The notes: a model not told the origin generated them from the letters alone. A DNA stretch of 64,000 nt from a virus (IMGVR_UViG_3300035698_012128:30672-94671); one strand, 5' to 3'. Counted from the stretch's first letter, positions 15,622 through 26,371 are shown. Made by a program: numbers and translations.

Positions 15622-16884
15622 ATGTTTGGAATAGATATACCAACAATAGAAGATATAGTAAATTTTGTCAAAATTCAAATGACAACAAATCAATGGTTCC
15701 AAACCGTTGGTTTCTTTGGAGTTTTAGCGGCAGTATGGCAGTATGCCAGAGCATGGCCTTCATATATATGGACCCGAATAAGAAGGAAAATAGTATTTAC
15801 AGCACATATAGAGCAATATAGTGAGTTTTTTAAATACATGGAGAGGTATATTGATGATCACTACAAAAAATCATATAGGAATGTAGAGGTGTTAATTAAA
15901 AGACAACCAGCTCAAGAAGTATTTATTATAGGTTCAGATAATAACGAGAAAAATAAAAAAAGTTTAGTATATAAACATTTCCAAGATTTGTTTTTTATAC
16001 CCATTGGTCTTACTATTCTTAAAATTAGTAAAGATAGAGATAAACTAGAAAACGCTCACCATATAGATACTACTTTTATAAATAGTTACACTATAACTGG
16101 ATTATTTGCTCAGAAATCAATAGATGCATTATTAAAGAAAATATATGATTATAATATTGATTTAGAAGAACAGGAAGAAAATAGAACAAGAATCCACATT
16201 CATAATAAAGATTATTGGGAACCTATAAATAATATTGTCCCTAAAAATTTAAATAATATAATACTAGAAGGTAAACAAGAATTATTAGATGATCTTGACG
16301 CATTTCATAGTAATAAAAAATGGTATACGGATCGAGCAATTAAGTATAGTAGAGGTTACCTATTTGATGGTGAACCTGGTAATGGGAAGACATCATTAGC
16401 ATTAGCAATAGCCAAACATTACAATAAAGATATATTCATACTGAATCTGAATCAAGTAAATAATAGTGAATTGATATCATTATTTTCAGAAATAAATAGA
16501 GATTCATTACTATTAATAGAAGATATTGATGTTTTCTTCCAGCATGATAATACTCGAAAGTTAAGTAAGGGAGAATTAGATTTCTCAACATTACTTAATT
16601 GTCTTGATGGGGTATTTAGCGCCGATGATATTGTAACCATATTTACAACAAATCATAAAGAGGCATTAGATAGTGCATTAACTAGGAGTGGGAGAATTGA
16701 TTACCATAAAACTATAAATAACCCTAAATGTAAAGAGGTATCAGAGTACTTATCTATATTTTACGATACTGATATTAAAGTGAAAGTGGATAATAAAAAA
16801 TATTGTATGTCTGATATACAGAATTTTTGTTTATCGTTTAAAGAAAATCCGGATGCAGTTATTAGTATAATCAATAAACAATAG
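15622..16884 (+). CDS. BCS1-like membrane-anchored AAA+ ATPase
   Basis: N-terminal TM, RGYLFDGEPGNGKTS, IEDID, LLNCLDG, TTNH, RSGRID. Confidence 0.85.
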   Translation: MFGIDIPTIEDIVNFVKIQMTTNQWFQTVGFFGVLAAVWQYARAWPSYIWTRIRRKIVFTAHIEQYSEFFKYMERYIDDHYKKSYRNVEVLIKRQPAQEVFIIGSDNNEKNKKSLVYKHFQDLFFIPIGLTILKISKDRDKLENAHHIDTTFINSYTITGLFAQKSIDALLKKIYDYNIDLEEQEENRTRIHIHNKDYWEPINNIVPKNLNNIILEGKQELLDDLDAFHSNKKWYTDRAIKYSRGYLFDGEPGNGKTSLALAIAKHYNKDIFILNLNQVNNSELISLFSEINRDSLLLIEDIDVFFQHDNTRKLSKGELDFSTLLNCLDGVFSADDIVTIFTTNHKEALDSALTRSGRIDYHKTINNPKCKEVSEYLSIFYDTDIKVKVDNKKYCMSDIQNFCLSFKENPDAVISIINKQ

Positions 16885-16933
16885 CTTTCTTTCGTATATT
16901 ATAATAATTAAAAAATAAATAAATAAATATATA

Positions 16934-17623
16934 TTGGAAAATAGAAGAAAAGAAACAGACCCTAGATCCTTAGAAATTTCATCTAATGGGAACTCGAACG
17001 GGCTATCTAATATCCCTACACAAACTCAATCTCAAAAAGATAAGATGATTAAGAAAGCATCAAAGAAATTTGGTGAATTTTTAACTGAGTTGGGAGTAGA
17101 TTGGGAAAGCGATCCTAATAGTGCTGAAACACCCCAACGTGTGGCCAAAAAATATGTAAATGATTTATGGGCTGGGAGGTATGAATCACCACCTACTATT
17201 ACAAGTTTCCCAAGTGATGGATACACAGGTATGGTTTTAGAGGCAAATATACCTTTAACTAGTATGTGTTCACATCATCATGAATCTATATTAGGGGTGG
17301 CTCATGTAGCTTATATACCTGGGGGTGACAATAGGGTTATTGGGTTATCTAAAATTAATAGGTTGGTTGAGTATTTTGGAAGAAGAGGAGCCATTCAAGA
17401 GCAGTTAACTATGGCTATACATAATGCTATGGATATCGTGTGTGAAGGTAATATAGGAGTAGCTGTTAGTGTTGTTGCTAAACATCAATGTGTATCTTGT
17501 AGAGGAACTAAACATCAAGGTGCTTCTATGGTAACCAATCATATAACTGGGGTTTTTAAAGAAATAGCAGAAGTAAGAAAAGAGTATTTTGATTCTATTA
17601 TGATGTCTGAAAATTTAAAATAG
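16934..17623 (+). CDS. folE: GTP cyclohydrolase I
   Basis: TPQRVAK, SMCSHH, GLSKINR, QEQLT, HQCVSCRG. Confidence 0.93.
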   Translation: MENRRKETDPRSLEISSNGNSNGLSNIPTQTQSQKDKMIKKASKKFGEFLTELGVDWESDPNSAETPQRVAKKYVNDLWAGRYESPPTITSFPSDGYTGMVLEANIPLTSMCSHHHESILGVAHVAYIPGGDNRVIGLSKINRLVEYFGRRGAIQEQLTMAIHNAMDIVCEGNIGVAVSVVAKHQCVSCRGTKHQGASMVTNHITGVFKEIAEVRKEYFDSIMMSENLK

Positions 17624-18064
17624 ATGAAATATAAAACAAAATATGATTGGGATTGGATTGAAAGTGCTTGTGCATTATTAGCTAAATCTGCTTTGGCAAA
17701 TGATATTAAATTTATATCGGGGATACCAAGAGGAGGACTTATTCCGGCCGTTATAGTTTCTCATAAAACCGGTATTCCATACCACCCCTTTGGAGAATTA
17801 AAGTCTCTTACTGATATTGAGGGTGTAGAAAAGCATAATATACTTGTGATAGATGACATAGTAGATAGCGGAAGGACTATGAGTAAACTTGATAAAGAAT
17901 ATATAACGGCAAGTTTGGTATATGTAGAAAACAAATTGTTTACCCCTTATATTTATTATTTCACTAAATATAGCAAGGATTGGGTTCAATTCCCGTGGGA
18001 GATCGATAGTTCAGAAACAATTCAAGATTATTTAAATAAAATAGATAAAATAAAAAATGGATAA
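17624..18064 (+). CDS. type I purine phosphoribosyltransferase (Gpt-like)
   Basis: GIPRGG, LVIDDIVDSGRT, WVQFPWE. Confidence 0.88.
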   Translation: MKYKTKYDWDWIESACALLAKSALANDIKFISGIPRGGLIPAVIVSHKTGIPYHPFGELKSLTDIEGVEKHNILVIDDIVDSGRTMSKLDKEYITASLVYVENKLFTPYIYYFTKYSKDWVQFPWEIDSSETIQDYLNKIDKIKNG

Positions 18065-18596
18065 TAATAGTAAATTAAGAATTTTAAGAGACATAAAACA
18101 GAATAAATATGTACCATTTGTCACTGAAGTGGAGAAGTTTAATAATAGTATGGGTAAACCAAATAACAATACCCCGAACATCCCTAACATAAAAGCTTGG
18201 GAATTTGTTTATAATTTTATTATAGAGGAAAATAATGAATACAAAGAGGCCTGTATTGATAAAGATATTGTGGGTGTTTTAGATGCATTATGTGATATTA
18301 TATACGTGGGTGTTGGTAATTTAGCTATGTTGCACGGCCTTAAAGATAAATTAATACCGGCATACGCCGAAGTTCAAGCATCTAATATGTCTAAATCATG
18401 CACTACAGAAGAAGAAGCCGCAGAAACTGTTAAAGAAAGGAGTGAAGAATTGCAAGTTGATTGTCATTACGAAAAGGTGGGAATGCACTGGGTAGTTTAT
18501 AGGAGTAGTGACAAAAAAGTGATGAAAAGTATAAAATACTTTGCACCAAACTTGAAACAATTTTTCACACAACAAGAATTAGATAATATAAAATAA
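18057..18596 (+). CDS. MazG-like NTP pyrophosphohydrolase
   Basis: EENNEY, DALCDIIYV, EVQASNMSK, KVMK. Confidence 0.85.
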   Translation: MDNNSKLRILRDIKQNKYVPFVTEVEKFNNSMGKPNNNTPNIPNIKAWEFVYNFIIEENNEYKEACIDKDIVGVLDALCDIIYVGVGNLAMLHGLKDKLIPAYAEVQASNMSKSCTTEEEAAETVKERSEELQVDCHYEKVGMHWVVYRSSDKKVMKSIKYFAPNLKQFFTQQELDNIK

Positions 18597-18616
18597 TTTA
18601 TTACTGTTATATACAC

Positions 18617-19882
18617 ATGAATAATAATAAAAACACAATATTCGTACAAATAGCATCCTATAGAGATCCTGAATTATATAATACATTGACTGATCTGTTG
18701 GAAAAAGCAAAATACCCCAATAACCTGCATGTATGTGTCGCCAATCAATTTGGTAGGGAAGATTCTGATGGTGATTTAGATGTTTTTCGCAAGATGAAAA
18801 ATTTCCTTATCATGGATATACCCTGCAGCCAGTCAAAAGGAGCTTGTTGGGCAAGAAACACGATCCAACAAGAATATGATGGTCAAAAATATACATTACA
18901 GTTAGATTCCCATCATCGATTTGTTGAAGATTGGGATGTTAAATGTATAAAAATGATTAAGGATTTACAAAAAGAGGGGAGTGAAAAACCACTATTAACT
19001 TCATACTTACCATCATATGATCCTGAAAATGATCCGAAAGGGAGGGTAATGGAACCTTGGTGGATGCAATTTGATAGATTTATACCTGAAGGTGCGGTAT
19101 TCTTCCTACCAGCAAATATACCAGTCGAGAATAGAAATAAACCAATTCCCGCCAGGTTTTACTCTGCTCATTTTTGTTTTACATTAGGACAGTTTGCCAT
19201 AGAGGTACAACATGACCCTGAATTCTACTTTCATGGTGAAGAAATAAGTATAGCAGTTAGAGCTTACACTCATGGGTATGATTTATATCACCCTCATCAG
19301 ATTATAGCATGGCATGAGTATACTAGGAAAGGTAGAACTAAGCAGTGGGATGATGATAAAGATTGGGGGAAGAAAAATACATTATCACATAAAAGGAATA
19401 GAATGTTGTTTGGGATGGATGGTGAATGTTCACCATGTGAACAAGCAACCTTAGGAAGATTTGGTTTTGGCATAAAACGAACATTAGATGATTATGAGAG
19501 GTATGCTGGGTTAAGATTTATGGATAGATCAGTTCAAATGTATACTGTTAACAATTATTTTGCCCCAAATCCAGTTATAGACGATTACGAAGAATACAAT
19601 AATTCATTTATCAATTTATTCAAACATTGTATAGATGTAGGGTTTGCTCAAGTCCCTAAAAATGATTATACATTTTGGGCAGTAATATTTGAGGATAAAG
19701 ATGGTAATTCATTATATAGAGAAGATGCAGATGAAGTAGAAATTAGAAAGGTAAAAAATGATCCTGATGGGTATTGTAAAATATGGAGGACATTTAATAC
19801 AGATATTAAACCACATAAATGGATAGTTTGGCCTTTCTCAGCTGAAAATGGTTGGGAAGACCAAATAACCGGATTATTATAA
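18617..19882 (+). CDS. GT60-like GlcNAc transferase
   Basis: TIFVQIASYRDPEL, GACWAR, LQLDSHHRF, FHGEE. Confidence 0.8.
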   Translation: MNNNKNTIFVQIASYRDPELYNTLTDLLEKAKYPNNLHVCVANQFGREDSDGDLDVFRKMKNFLIMDIPCSQSKGACWARNTIQQEYDGQKYTLQLDSHHRFVEDWDVKCIKMIKDLQKEGSEKPLLTSYLPSYDPENDPKGRVMEPWWMQFDRFIPEGAVFFLPANIPVENRNKPIPARFYSAHFCFTLGQFAIEVQHDPEFYFHGEEISIAVRAYTHGYDLYHPHQIIAWHEYTRKGRTKQWDDDKDWGKKNTLSHKRNRMLFGMDGECSPCEQATLGRFGFGIKRTLDDYERYAGLRFMDRSVQMYTVNNYFAPNPVIDDYEEYNNSFINLFKHCIDVGFAQVPKNDYTFWAVIFEDKDGNSLYREDADEVEIRKVKNDPDGYCKIWRTFNTDIKPHKWIVWPFSAENGWEDQITGLL

Positions 19883-19883
19883 T

Positions 19884-20768
19884 ATGAGAGGTAACACAGT
19901 ATTTGTAACATGCATATATAATAATTTATATGGTACTGAACTTGGAGGTAGAAATAATAGACAACATCATTATTTTCACTCACTGAACAATATTATAAAG
20001 AAGACCCCAAATTCAGATTTTATAATATATACCTCACCTGATGAGTATGAGGATATAAAATTATCATTCCCTTATAATAATTGTAAAATTCAACAGTATG
20101 ATCTGAATAATAATTATTTCCAAAAAGAGTTTGATAAATACAAAGACAGAAAATCGGCACAGACATCAGATAGATGCTTTGAAATACAATATTCTAAATT
20201 CTACTGGATGTATCTCGCCCTATATGATGAAAACATATATAAAAATATATATTGGATAGATGCGGGATTAAGCTATTCTGGATTAATACCTGATAAATAT
20301 CTAGAATGTAAAGGTTTAAGTTGGGGGGGTGATGATTACTACAAATCAGAATTATTTAACGATAAATTTACTTCCAATTTAAATAAATTTACAAAGTCAA
20401 AAATCCTATTTATTGCAAAAGAAAATATGAAAAATTTCTGGAGTCAGGAAATGGTAGAATATATGGATTATGATCAACAACACCATATTATTGGTGGATT
20501 ATTTGGTGGGAGGAGATCGAAAGTATTAAGTATGACTGCAGGTTTGATACCTCTTATTAAAGCAAAGATTAATGAGGAGAAAACCATACAATGGAGTGAA
20601 GAGCAATTCATGACATTGTATTATTATCTTAACAAATCTAGAGCAAGAATAAAAACATTTGATACTTGGTGGCATGAAAATAATTATGCTAATGCAGAAG
20701 AGATACCTTCTGATATATACTTTAGTGATAAAAAAAGTTTCTATAATATATTAGAAGAATTACAGTAA
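19884..20768 (+). CDS. HtrL/YibB-like glycosyltransferase
   Basis: WIDAG, GGLFGG, EEQ. Confidence 0.7.
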   Translation: MRGNTVFVTCIYNNLYGTELGGRNNRQHHYFHSLNNIIKKTPNSDFIIYTSPDEYEDIKLSFPYNNCKIQQYDLNNNYFQKEFDKYKDRKSAQTSDRCFEIQYSKFYWMYLALYDENIYKNIYWIDAGLSYSGLIPDKYLECKGLSWGGDDYYKSELFNDKFTSNLNKFTKSKILFIAKENMKNFWSQEMVEYMDYDQQHHIIGGLFGGRRSKVLSMTAGLIPLIKAKINEEKTIQWSEEQFMTLYYYLNKSRARIKTFDTWWHENNYANAEEIPSDIYFSDKKSFYNILEELQ

Positions 20769-20774
20769 AATAAT

Positions 20775-22433
20775 ATGAGTAAAACAACAATAGTAACCTC
20801 TTTATATGATTTAAATAGAGGTGATTTAGATAATAATTTTAAACGCTCATTCGATGATTATGTAAATAATTTTAAAAAATTACTACTAGGTGATTATAAT
20901 TTATATATATATTTGGATCAAAAACTAGCAGATGAATTATCATTAATATTAACAAGTCCTAATATCTATCTGAAGATAATGGAGTTAGATGAATTGAAAG
21001 AATGGTTTGGGTTTTACAATGATGTTAATGAAATTAGAAAGAAAAATGATTGGAGATCACAGGCCGATTGGTTAAAAGATTCACCCCAAGCTAATTTAGA
21101 TATGTACAATCCATTAGTTATGTCTAAAATGTTTATGTTGAATGATGCTAGTATATATAATCCTCACCAATCTGAATATTTTTATTGGATAGATGCGGGT
21201 ATAAGTAATACTGTTCATCCCGGTTATTTCTATCACGATAAGGTATTTGGTAACTTAGAAAGTTATATTAAAAGTATAGACAATAAATTTACTTTTATAT
21301 CATATCCTTATGAAAACGATGTTGAAATTCATGGTTTCGAAAGAAAAGGTATGAATATATTCTGCCAATCAGACGATATAAATTATGTGTGTAGAGGAGG
21401 GTTTTTTGGTGGTAGGAAAAAAGAAATTAATGAATTAAATAGTCTGTATTGGAGTTTATTAAGTGATACTTTAGATAAAGGATATATGGGTACTGAGGAA
21501 AGTATATTTACCATAATGTCTTATTTATCACCCCATAACATACATAGATTTGAAATAAGTGGGGATGGTTTGGTTTGGCCCTTCTTCGAGTATATTAAAG
21601 ATAAAGAATGGGAAGATGTAAAAGTTGAGCATCCGTATTTGTATATATTAACTTATAATTCTCCAAATCAACTTCAAACATTACTTAATAGTTGTATTGA
21701 TTATGATCCTCAATTAATGGATATGAACTTGGTATTAATCAATAATTCAACAGATAGAAGTTTAGATGATAAATATAATGACATATGCGTAGCTTATGGT
21801 ATCGAAGAAATAAAATACGATAATATTGGGATATGTGGTGGACGGCAAGCAGTAGCCGAACATTTCAATAATACAGGATCTGATTTTTATTTGTTTTTTG
21901 AGGATGACATGAATTTTTACATAGAAAAGCCACCAAAACCATGTAAACTCGGGTTTAATAGATCGACACCTAATATTTTAAATCGCATATTAGAGATAAT
22001 GATCAAAGAAAAATATGACTTTATTAAATTATCATTTACCGAATTTTTTGGTGATAACTCGGTTCAATGGGCCTGGTATAACATACCTCAAGAAGTAAGA
22101 GATAAATATTTTCCTAATCAAAATAAATTACCTGAACATGGTTTGTCTCCAAATCCTCCATTAGTAGAATTTGATAATATTAATTTTATACATGATTTGG
22201 GGTATGTGAGTGGAGATGTTTACTATGATAATTGGCCTGCTATGTTTTCGAGAGAGGGGAACAGAAAAGTATTTTTAGAAACAAAGTGGGCACATCCATT
22301 CGAACAAACATGGATGTCTTATGTATTTCAGAAACAACAAGAAGGTGAAATAAATTCAGCAGTATTATTATTATCACCAATAGAACATGATAGATTTGAA
22401 CACTATCCTGCAGATGAAAGAAGAGAAAATTAA
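20775..22433 (+). CDS. HtrL/YibB-like domain fused to a GT-A domain
   Basis: TTIVTSLYD, WIDAG, RGGFFGG, GTEES; second half FFEDD. Confidence 0.72.
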   Translation: MSKTTIVTSLYDLNRGDLDNNFKRSFDDYVNNFKKLLLGDYNLYIYLDQKLADELSLILTSPNIYLKIMELDELKEWFGFYNDVNEIRKKNDWRSQADWLKDSPQANLDMYNPLVMSKMFMLNDASIYNPHQSEYFYWIDAGISNTVHPGYFYHDKVFGNLESYIKSIDNKFTFISYPYENDVEIHGFERKGMNIFCQSDDINYVCRGGFFGGRKKEINELNSLYWSLLSDTLDKGYMGTEESIFTIMSYLSPHNIHRFEISGDGLVWPFFEYIKDKEWEDVKVEHPYLYILTYNSPNQLQTLLNSCIDYDPQLMDMNLVLINNSTDRSLDDKYNDICVAYGIEEIKYDNIGICGGRQAVAEHFNNTGSDFYLFFEDDMNFYIEKPPKPCKLGFNRSTPNILNRILEIMIKEKYDFIKLSFTEFFGDNSVQWAWYNIPQEVRDKYFPNQNKLPEHGLSPNPPLVEFDNINFIHDLGYVSGDVYYDNWPAMFSREGNRKVFLETKWAHPFEQTWMSYVFQKQQEGEINSAVLLLSPIEHDRFEHYPADERREN

Positions 22434-22450
22434 ATTATAAAATTAAATTA

Positions 22451-24238
22451 ATGTACCAGGCAATATACACCAATTCTTACCAAAAAACAGGTATAAATAG
22501 TTATGTTAGAGATGATAAAAGAGGGTGGTTAACATTCCAGTATAAACCTTCTATTTATAAAGTAACACCTAAGGGTGAATTCAATACATTAGATGGTAAA
22601 AAAGTTGATAGAGTTGATAGTCAAGTATATAAATGGGATAAAAATAAAAACCCACATGATTATTATGAAATAGATATACCTTGGGACACTAGAGTATTAG
22701 TTGAAGGCTATCTAGATCAAGATGAAGCACCTTCATTCCATAATATAATGTTCTTTGATATTGAAACAGAAATATTAGAGTCTTTAGATTTTGATAGTAT
22801 AAGAAATGCTGATAAACCAATAACATCAATAGCATTGTATGATGTCAATGCTAAAGAATATATTTGCTATGTGTTAGATAGTGAAGAAATAATGGTAAAT
22901 AGAAATTTAGATGGTAAAAAAATTATTAGAGCGAACAATGAGCAAAAGATGCTCGAGATGTTTTTAGAAAAATGGGTAGAAATAGACCCAACTATAACAT
23001 CTGGATGGAATAGTTATTTTTTTGATATCCCATACTTATATTACAGAATGAAACGTGTTCTCGGAGAAAAACAAGCATCACGTTTATCACCTATAGGTAT
23101 TATAAAAGAACAATATAGAGAAGGCTCTGAATTAATAATTGGTGGTGTTAATCATTTGGATTATATGTTGTTATTCAAGAAATATATAACAAAACAAGAA
23201 CCATCATATGCGTTAAATGCCATAGGTACTAAATACGTTGATTTAGGTAAATTAGAATATGAAGGTTCATTAGATAAACTTTTTAGGGATGATATAGATA
23301 AGTTTATTGATTACAATATACGAGATGTTGAAATATTAAAGGTGTTGGATGAAAAAATGCAATTTATATTATTAACAGTTAATATATGTCATTTATGTCA
23401 TGTACCTTACAATAATATATACCAAGCTACTTCATTAAATGAAGGTGCTATACTAACTTACTTAAAACGAAAAAATATAGTATCTCCAAATAAACCAACT
23501 ACATATAATCCTGGACTAAAGGAGTTAAATAAAAAACGTGCAGAACAACGATATAGTAACGGAGAAATAACAACAGAAGAACGAGACCGAATATTTGAGA
23601 TAGCAGATTATGCTGGTGGTTATCTACTAGAACCAGTACCTGGGTTGTATGAGTGGGTATCTGATTTAGATTTTACATCATTATACCCATCTATAATTCG
23701 TAATTTAAATATGGGTATTGAGACCCTATTATTTAGGGTTAAGAATAAAGATAAATACGACAATCAATTAGGATTGGATGATTTAAAACAATACCCCCCA
23801 GATGATATAGCTACCATTGAGAAAGTAGATGAAAAGTTTAATATTGTATCATCCACAATACCATACGGTACTTTAGTAAAGTTGATCGAAGATAATAAAT
23901 ATATAGTATCAGCAAATGGAACTATATTTAGATCTGATAAAAATAGTGTTATAGTTGATGTATTGAATGATTGGTTCAACAAAAGAAAACATTATAAAAA
24001 ACTTATGAAAGAATCTTACAAAGCGGGAGATAAGGAAAAAGGTGAGTATTATAATAGATTGCAATTCACCTATAAGATTAAGTTGAATGATGTTTATGGA
24101 GTTTTTGCTCAATCAGGTTGGAGATATACTGATGGTAATTTATTCATAAGTAAAGCGATTACATTAACCGGTCAAAGGTTAACCCAAGAAAGTATAAAAT
24201 TTGTTAATAACGAAATAAATAAAGAATTAAATGAGTGA
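22451..24238 (+). CDS. family B DNA polymerase, N-terminal part (exonuclease, motifs A and B)
   Basis: FDIET, GWNSYFFDIPY, YNIRDV, DFTSLYPS, KIKLNDVYG. Confidence 0.93.
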   Translation: MYQAIYTNSYQKTGINSYVRDDKRGWLTFQYKPSIYKVTPKGEFNTLDGKKVDRVDSQVYKWDKNKNPHDYYEIDIPWDTRVLVEGYLDQDEAPSFHNIMFFDIETEILESLDFDSIRNADKPITSIALYDVNAKEYICYVLDSEEIMVNRNLDGKKIIRANNEQKMLEMFLEKWVEIDPTITSGWNSYFFDIPYLYYRMKRVLGEKQASRLSPIGIIKEQYREGSELIIGGVNHLDYMLLFKKYITKQEPSYALNAIGTKYVDLGKLEYEGSLDKLFRDDIDKFIDYNIRDVEILKVLDEKMQFILLTVNICHLCHVPYNNIYQATSLNEGAILTYLKRKNIVSPNKPTTYNPGLKELNKKRAEQRYSNGEITTEERDRIFEIADYAGGYLLEPVPGLYEWVSDLDFTSLYPSIIRNLNMGIETLLFRVKNKDKYDNQLGLDDLKQYPPDDIATIEKVDEKFNIVSSTIPYGTLVKLIEDNKYIVSANGTIFRSDKNSVIVDVLNDWFNKRKHYKKLMKESYKAGDKEKGEYYNRLQFTYKIKLNDVYGVFAQSGWRYTDGNLFISKAITLTGQRLTQESIKFVNNEINKELNE

Positions 24239-24431
24239 TAAAGAACATTTAAAGTGGATGTATAATAAGTTATCCAAAATACACGGGGAACATATTGGGT
24301 TTGACTACATGATTAAATTTAAAAAAATTATTGATAATTATAATGTACCACAACTCATTGGTTTTGAAGAATTTTGGGTATTAGATGAAGATGGTAAATT
24401 AGATAGAATGGAAGAAGCTGATGGAAAATAA
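24231..24431 (+). CDS. small ORF between the polymerase halves
   Basis: Overlaps both neighbours. Confidence 0.55.
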   Translation: MSDKEHLKWMYNKLSKIHGEHIGFDYMIKFKKIIDNYNVPQLIGFEEFWVLDEDGKLDRMEEADGK

Positions 24432-25308
24432 AAGATATATTATAACAAGTGATACAGATTCATTGTTCTTCGAATTGAAGGACTTGATATTGAAACAATG
24501 TCCTGATATTGATATTAATTCAAGGGAAGATGTTATACCCATAGCACTAGATATAACAGATAAATATCAGAAAAAAACTATACCATTTTTAGAGGAACTG
24601 TCTAGTTCTTTATTTAACGTACCTAATAGCTATTTTGAATTAAAACAAGAAGTGATATTAGAACGTGGTTATTTTTCAAAGAAACGTAGATATGCCCAAT
24701 TTATAGTTAATAAAGAAGGCATACCAACAGAAGAATTAGATATGAAGGGGTTAGATTTAATGAAGTCTAATTTCCCTAAAATATTTAAGGATTTTGGGGA
24801 ACAATTATTAATTGATGTATTATATGGTAAAACAAAATTATATGTTGATAAAAAAGTACTAGCGTTTAAATCATCTATTAAAACAATGGATTGGAAAGAA
24901 CTACTCAAACCCACAGGATTAAAACATTTGGGTAAGTATATAGCATCCCCTCCCGAACCAGGTACTATATTTACTAAATTAAAAAGTAGATGTCCTATCA
25001 ACACACGATCCGCTATATACTATAATGATTTAATGAAATTTCACGGTTTAAACAAAATGTATCCATTATTTAATATAGGTGATAAAATGTATATTAGTTA
25101 TTTAAAAAATAATGAGTATGGTATTAAATGTATAGGATTTAATGGTTTTGATGATCCACCATTAATAAAGGAATTAATTAGTAAATATATTGACAAAGAT
25201 GAATTATTTGATAGTGCATTGAAGAATAAAATTGAGGGATTGTATAGTGATTTAAGCTGGGGTGTACCTGTATGGAACGAGAGATTTAATAAATTTTTTA
25301 AATTTTAA
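24421..25308 (+). CDS. family B DNA polymerase, C-terminal part (motif C, thumb)
   Basis: TSDTDS, KKRRYA, MKGLD. Confidence 0.92.
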   Translation: MENKRYIITSDTDSLFFELKDLILKQCPDIDINSREDVIPIALDITDKYQKKTIPFLEELSSSLFNVPNSYFELKQEVILERGYFSKKRRYAQFIVNKEGIPTEELDMKGLDLMKSNFPKIFKDFGEQLLIDVLYGKTKLYVDKKVLAFKSSIKTMDWKELLKPTGLKHLGKYIASPPEPGTIFTKLKSRCPINTRSAIYYNDLMKFHGLNKMYPLFNIGDKMYISYLKNNEYGIKCIGFNGFDDPPLIKELISKYIDKDELFDSALKNKIEGLYSDLSWGVPVWNERFNKFFKF

Positions 25309-25356
25309 AATTTTCTTTATTATATTTAATTATATTAAAAAAATAAAAACAAGATT

Positions 25357-25557
25357 ATGGAATTAGAGATAGTAAATAGTGAAGATAAAAAAAGTGATGA
25401 AACTAGGTCAAATAAATCTTTAATGGAAATGGTGTATATTAAAGGTATATCAACTCAAATAGACGAAATGAAATTCCCAAGAATTTCTAATTTAAATAGT
25501 CTATTAAATCAAATAGGTTATGAAATAAAAGAAATCAAGGTAAATGAAAGTAAATAG
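25357..25557 (+). CDS. hypothetical protein
   Basis: Follows promoter motif. Confidence 0.5.
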   Translation: MELEIVNSEDKKSDETRSNKSLMEMVYIKGISTQIDEMKFPRISNLNSLLNQIGYEIKEIKVNESK

Positions 25558-26308
25558 TAACCAATTATTATCAGTAATTAATAAATGCCATCTCAATGGA
25601 TTAACAACAAAATTTAAGATTAAAATCAAAGATAATGTATTATCCATTAATTTTCTCACAAATAATAATGAGATTGTTGGGGAGGTGATATGGAACGGTG
25701 TGCCATTAGATGATGCTATTTTGGGTATCGTTAATAGCGATGTTTTATTAAGTATATTAAAATCTGTAAAGGCTGATGGGTTAGTTGATATAACATACAA
25801 ATCTGTAAATAATAAGATTAATAAATTAGTATTAGCATCTGATATATTTAAAGCCTCATATGTTACAGCCGATGTGCTATTAATTAAAGATTCACCTGAA
25901 CCTATGGTTCCTGAAGATTATGATTTAGAGTGTGGGTTAAGTGAAGAATTTATTAATAATTATCATAGTATATCAAAAATTATAGGTTCAGGAGAAGAAG
26001 ATTTATGGGTCAGTGTAAAGGATAATAATCTGACATTTGCTTTAGGAGCCGATAATGCTTATTCTAATAATATAAATATTTCATTTCCTGTTAACTGTGC
26101 TAACATACCAAAAATATTATTCCCGTCTCTGCAAGTTAGGAATATATTTAATTCTAATAGTGATTTAAACCCTCCATTACTCACATTGTATGGTGATGGG
26201 TTGTTAGTATTAAATTATCAACTAGGGGATCTAGAATCAGGAGAAGACGTAAATAGTTCCATTTCATCACTGTATTACATATTAGCTAAAGAAGTTATTA
26301 ACGATTAA
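25544..26308 (+). CDS. probable sliding clamp (gp45/PCNA-like)
   Basis: 254 aa, two-domain alpha/beta pattern, next to polymerase and near clamp loader; inferred from context. Confidence 0.55.
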   Translation: MKVNSNQLLSVINKCHLNGLTTKFKIKIKDNVLSINFLTNNNEIVGEVIWNGVPLDDAILGIVNSDVLLSILKSVKADGLVDITYKSVNNKINKLVLASDIFKASYVTADVLLIKDSPEPMVPEDYDLECGLSEEFINNYHSISKIIGSGEEDLWVSVKDNNLTFALGADNAYSNNINISFPVNCANIPKILFPSLQVRNIFNSNSDLNPPLLTLYGDGLLVLNYQLGDLESGEDVNSSISSLYYILAKEVIND

Positions 26309-26371
26309 TTTTTATTATAAAAGTTTCTTTGTATATTAAAGTATAATAAGATAATAACAAACAAACATTAA
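26309..26371 (+). repeat. 63-bp promoter/leader repeat, copy 1
   Basis: One mismatch to the copies at 50593 and 51913. Confidence 0.9.

Noticed and set aside
24238-24421. Group I intron or intein in the polymerase
   Set aside because: The gap is short, AT-rich and filled by a coupled ORF; no P7-like core and no intein terminal residues
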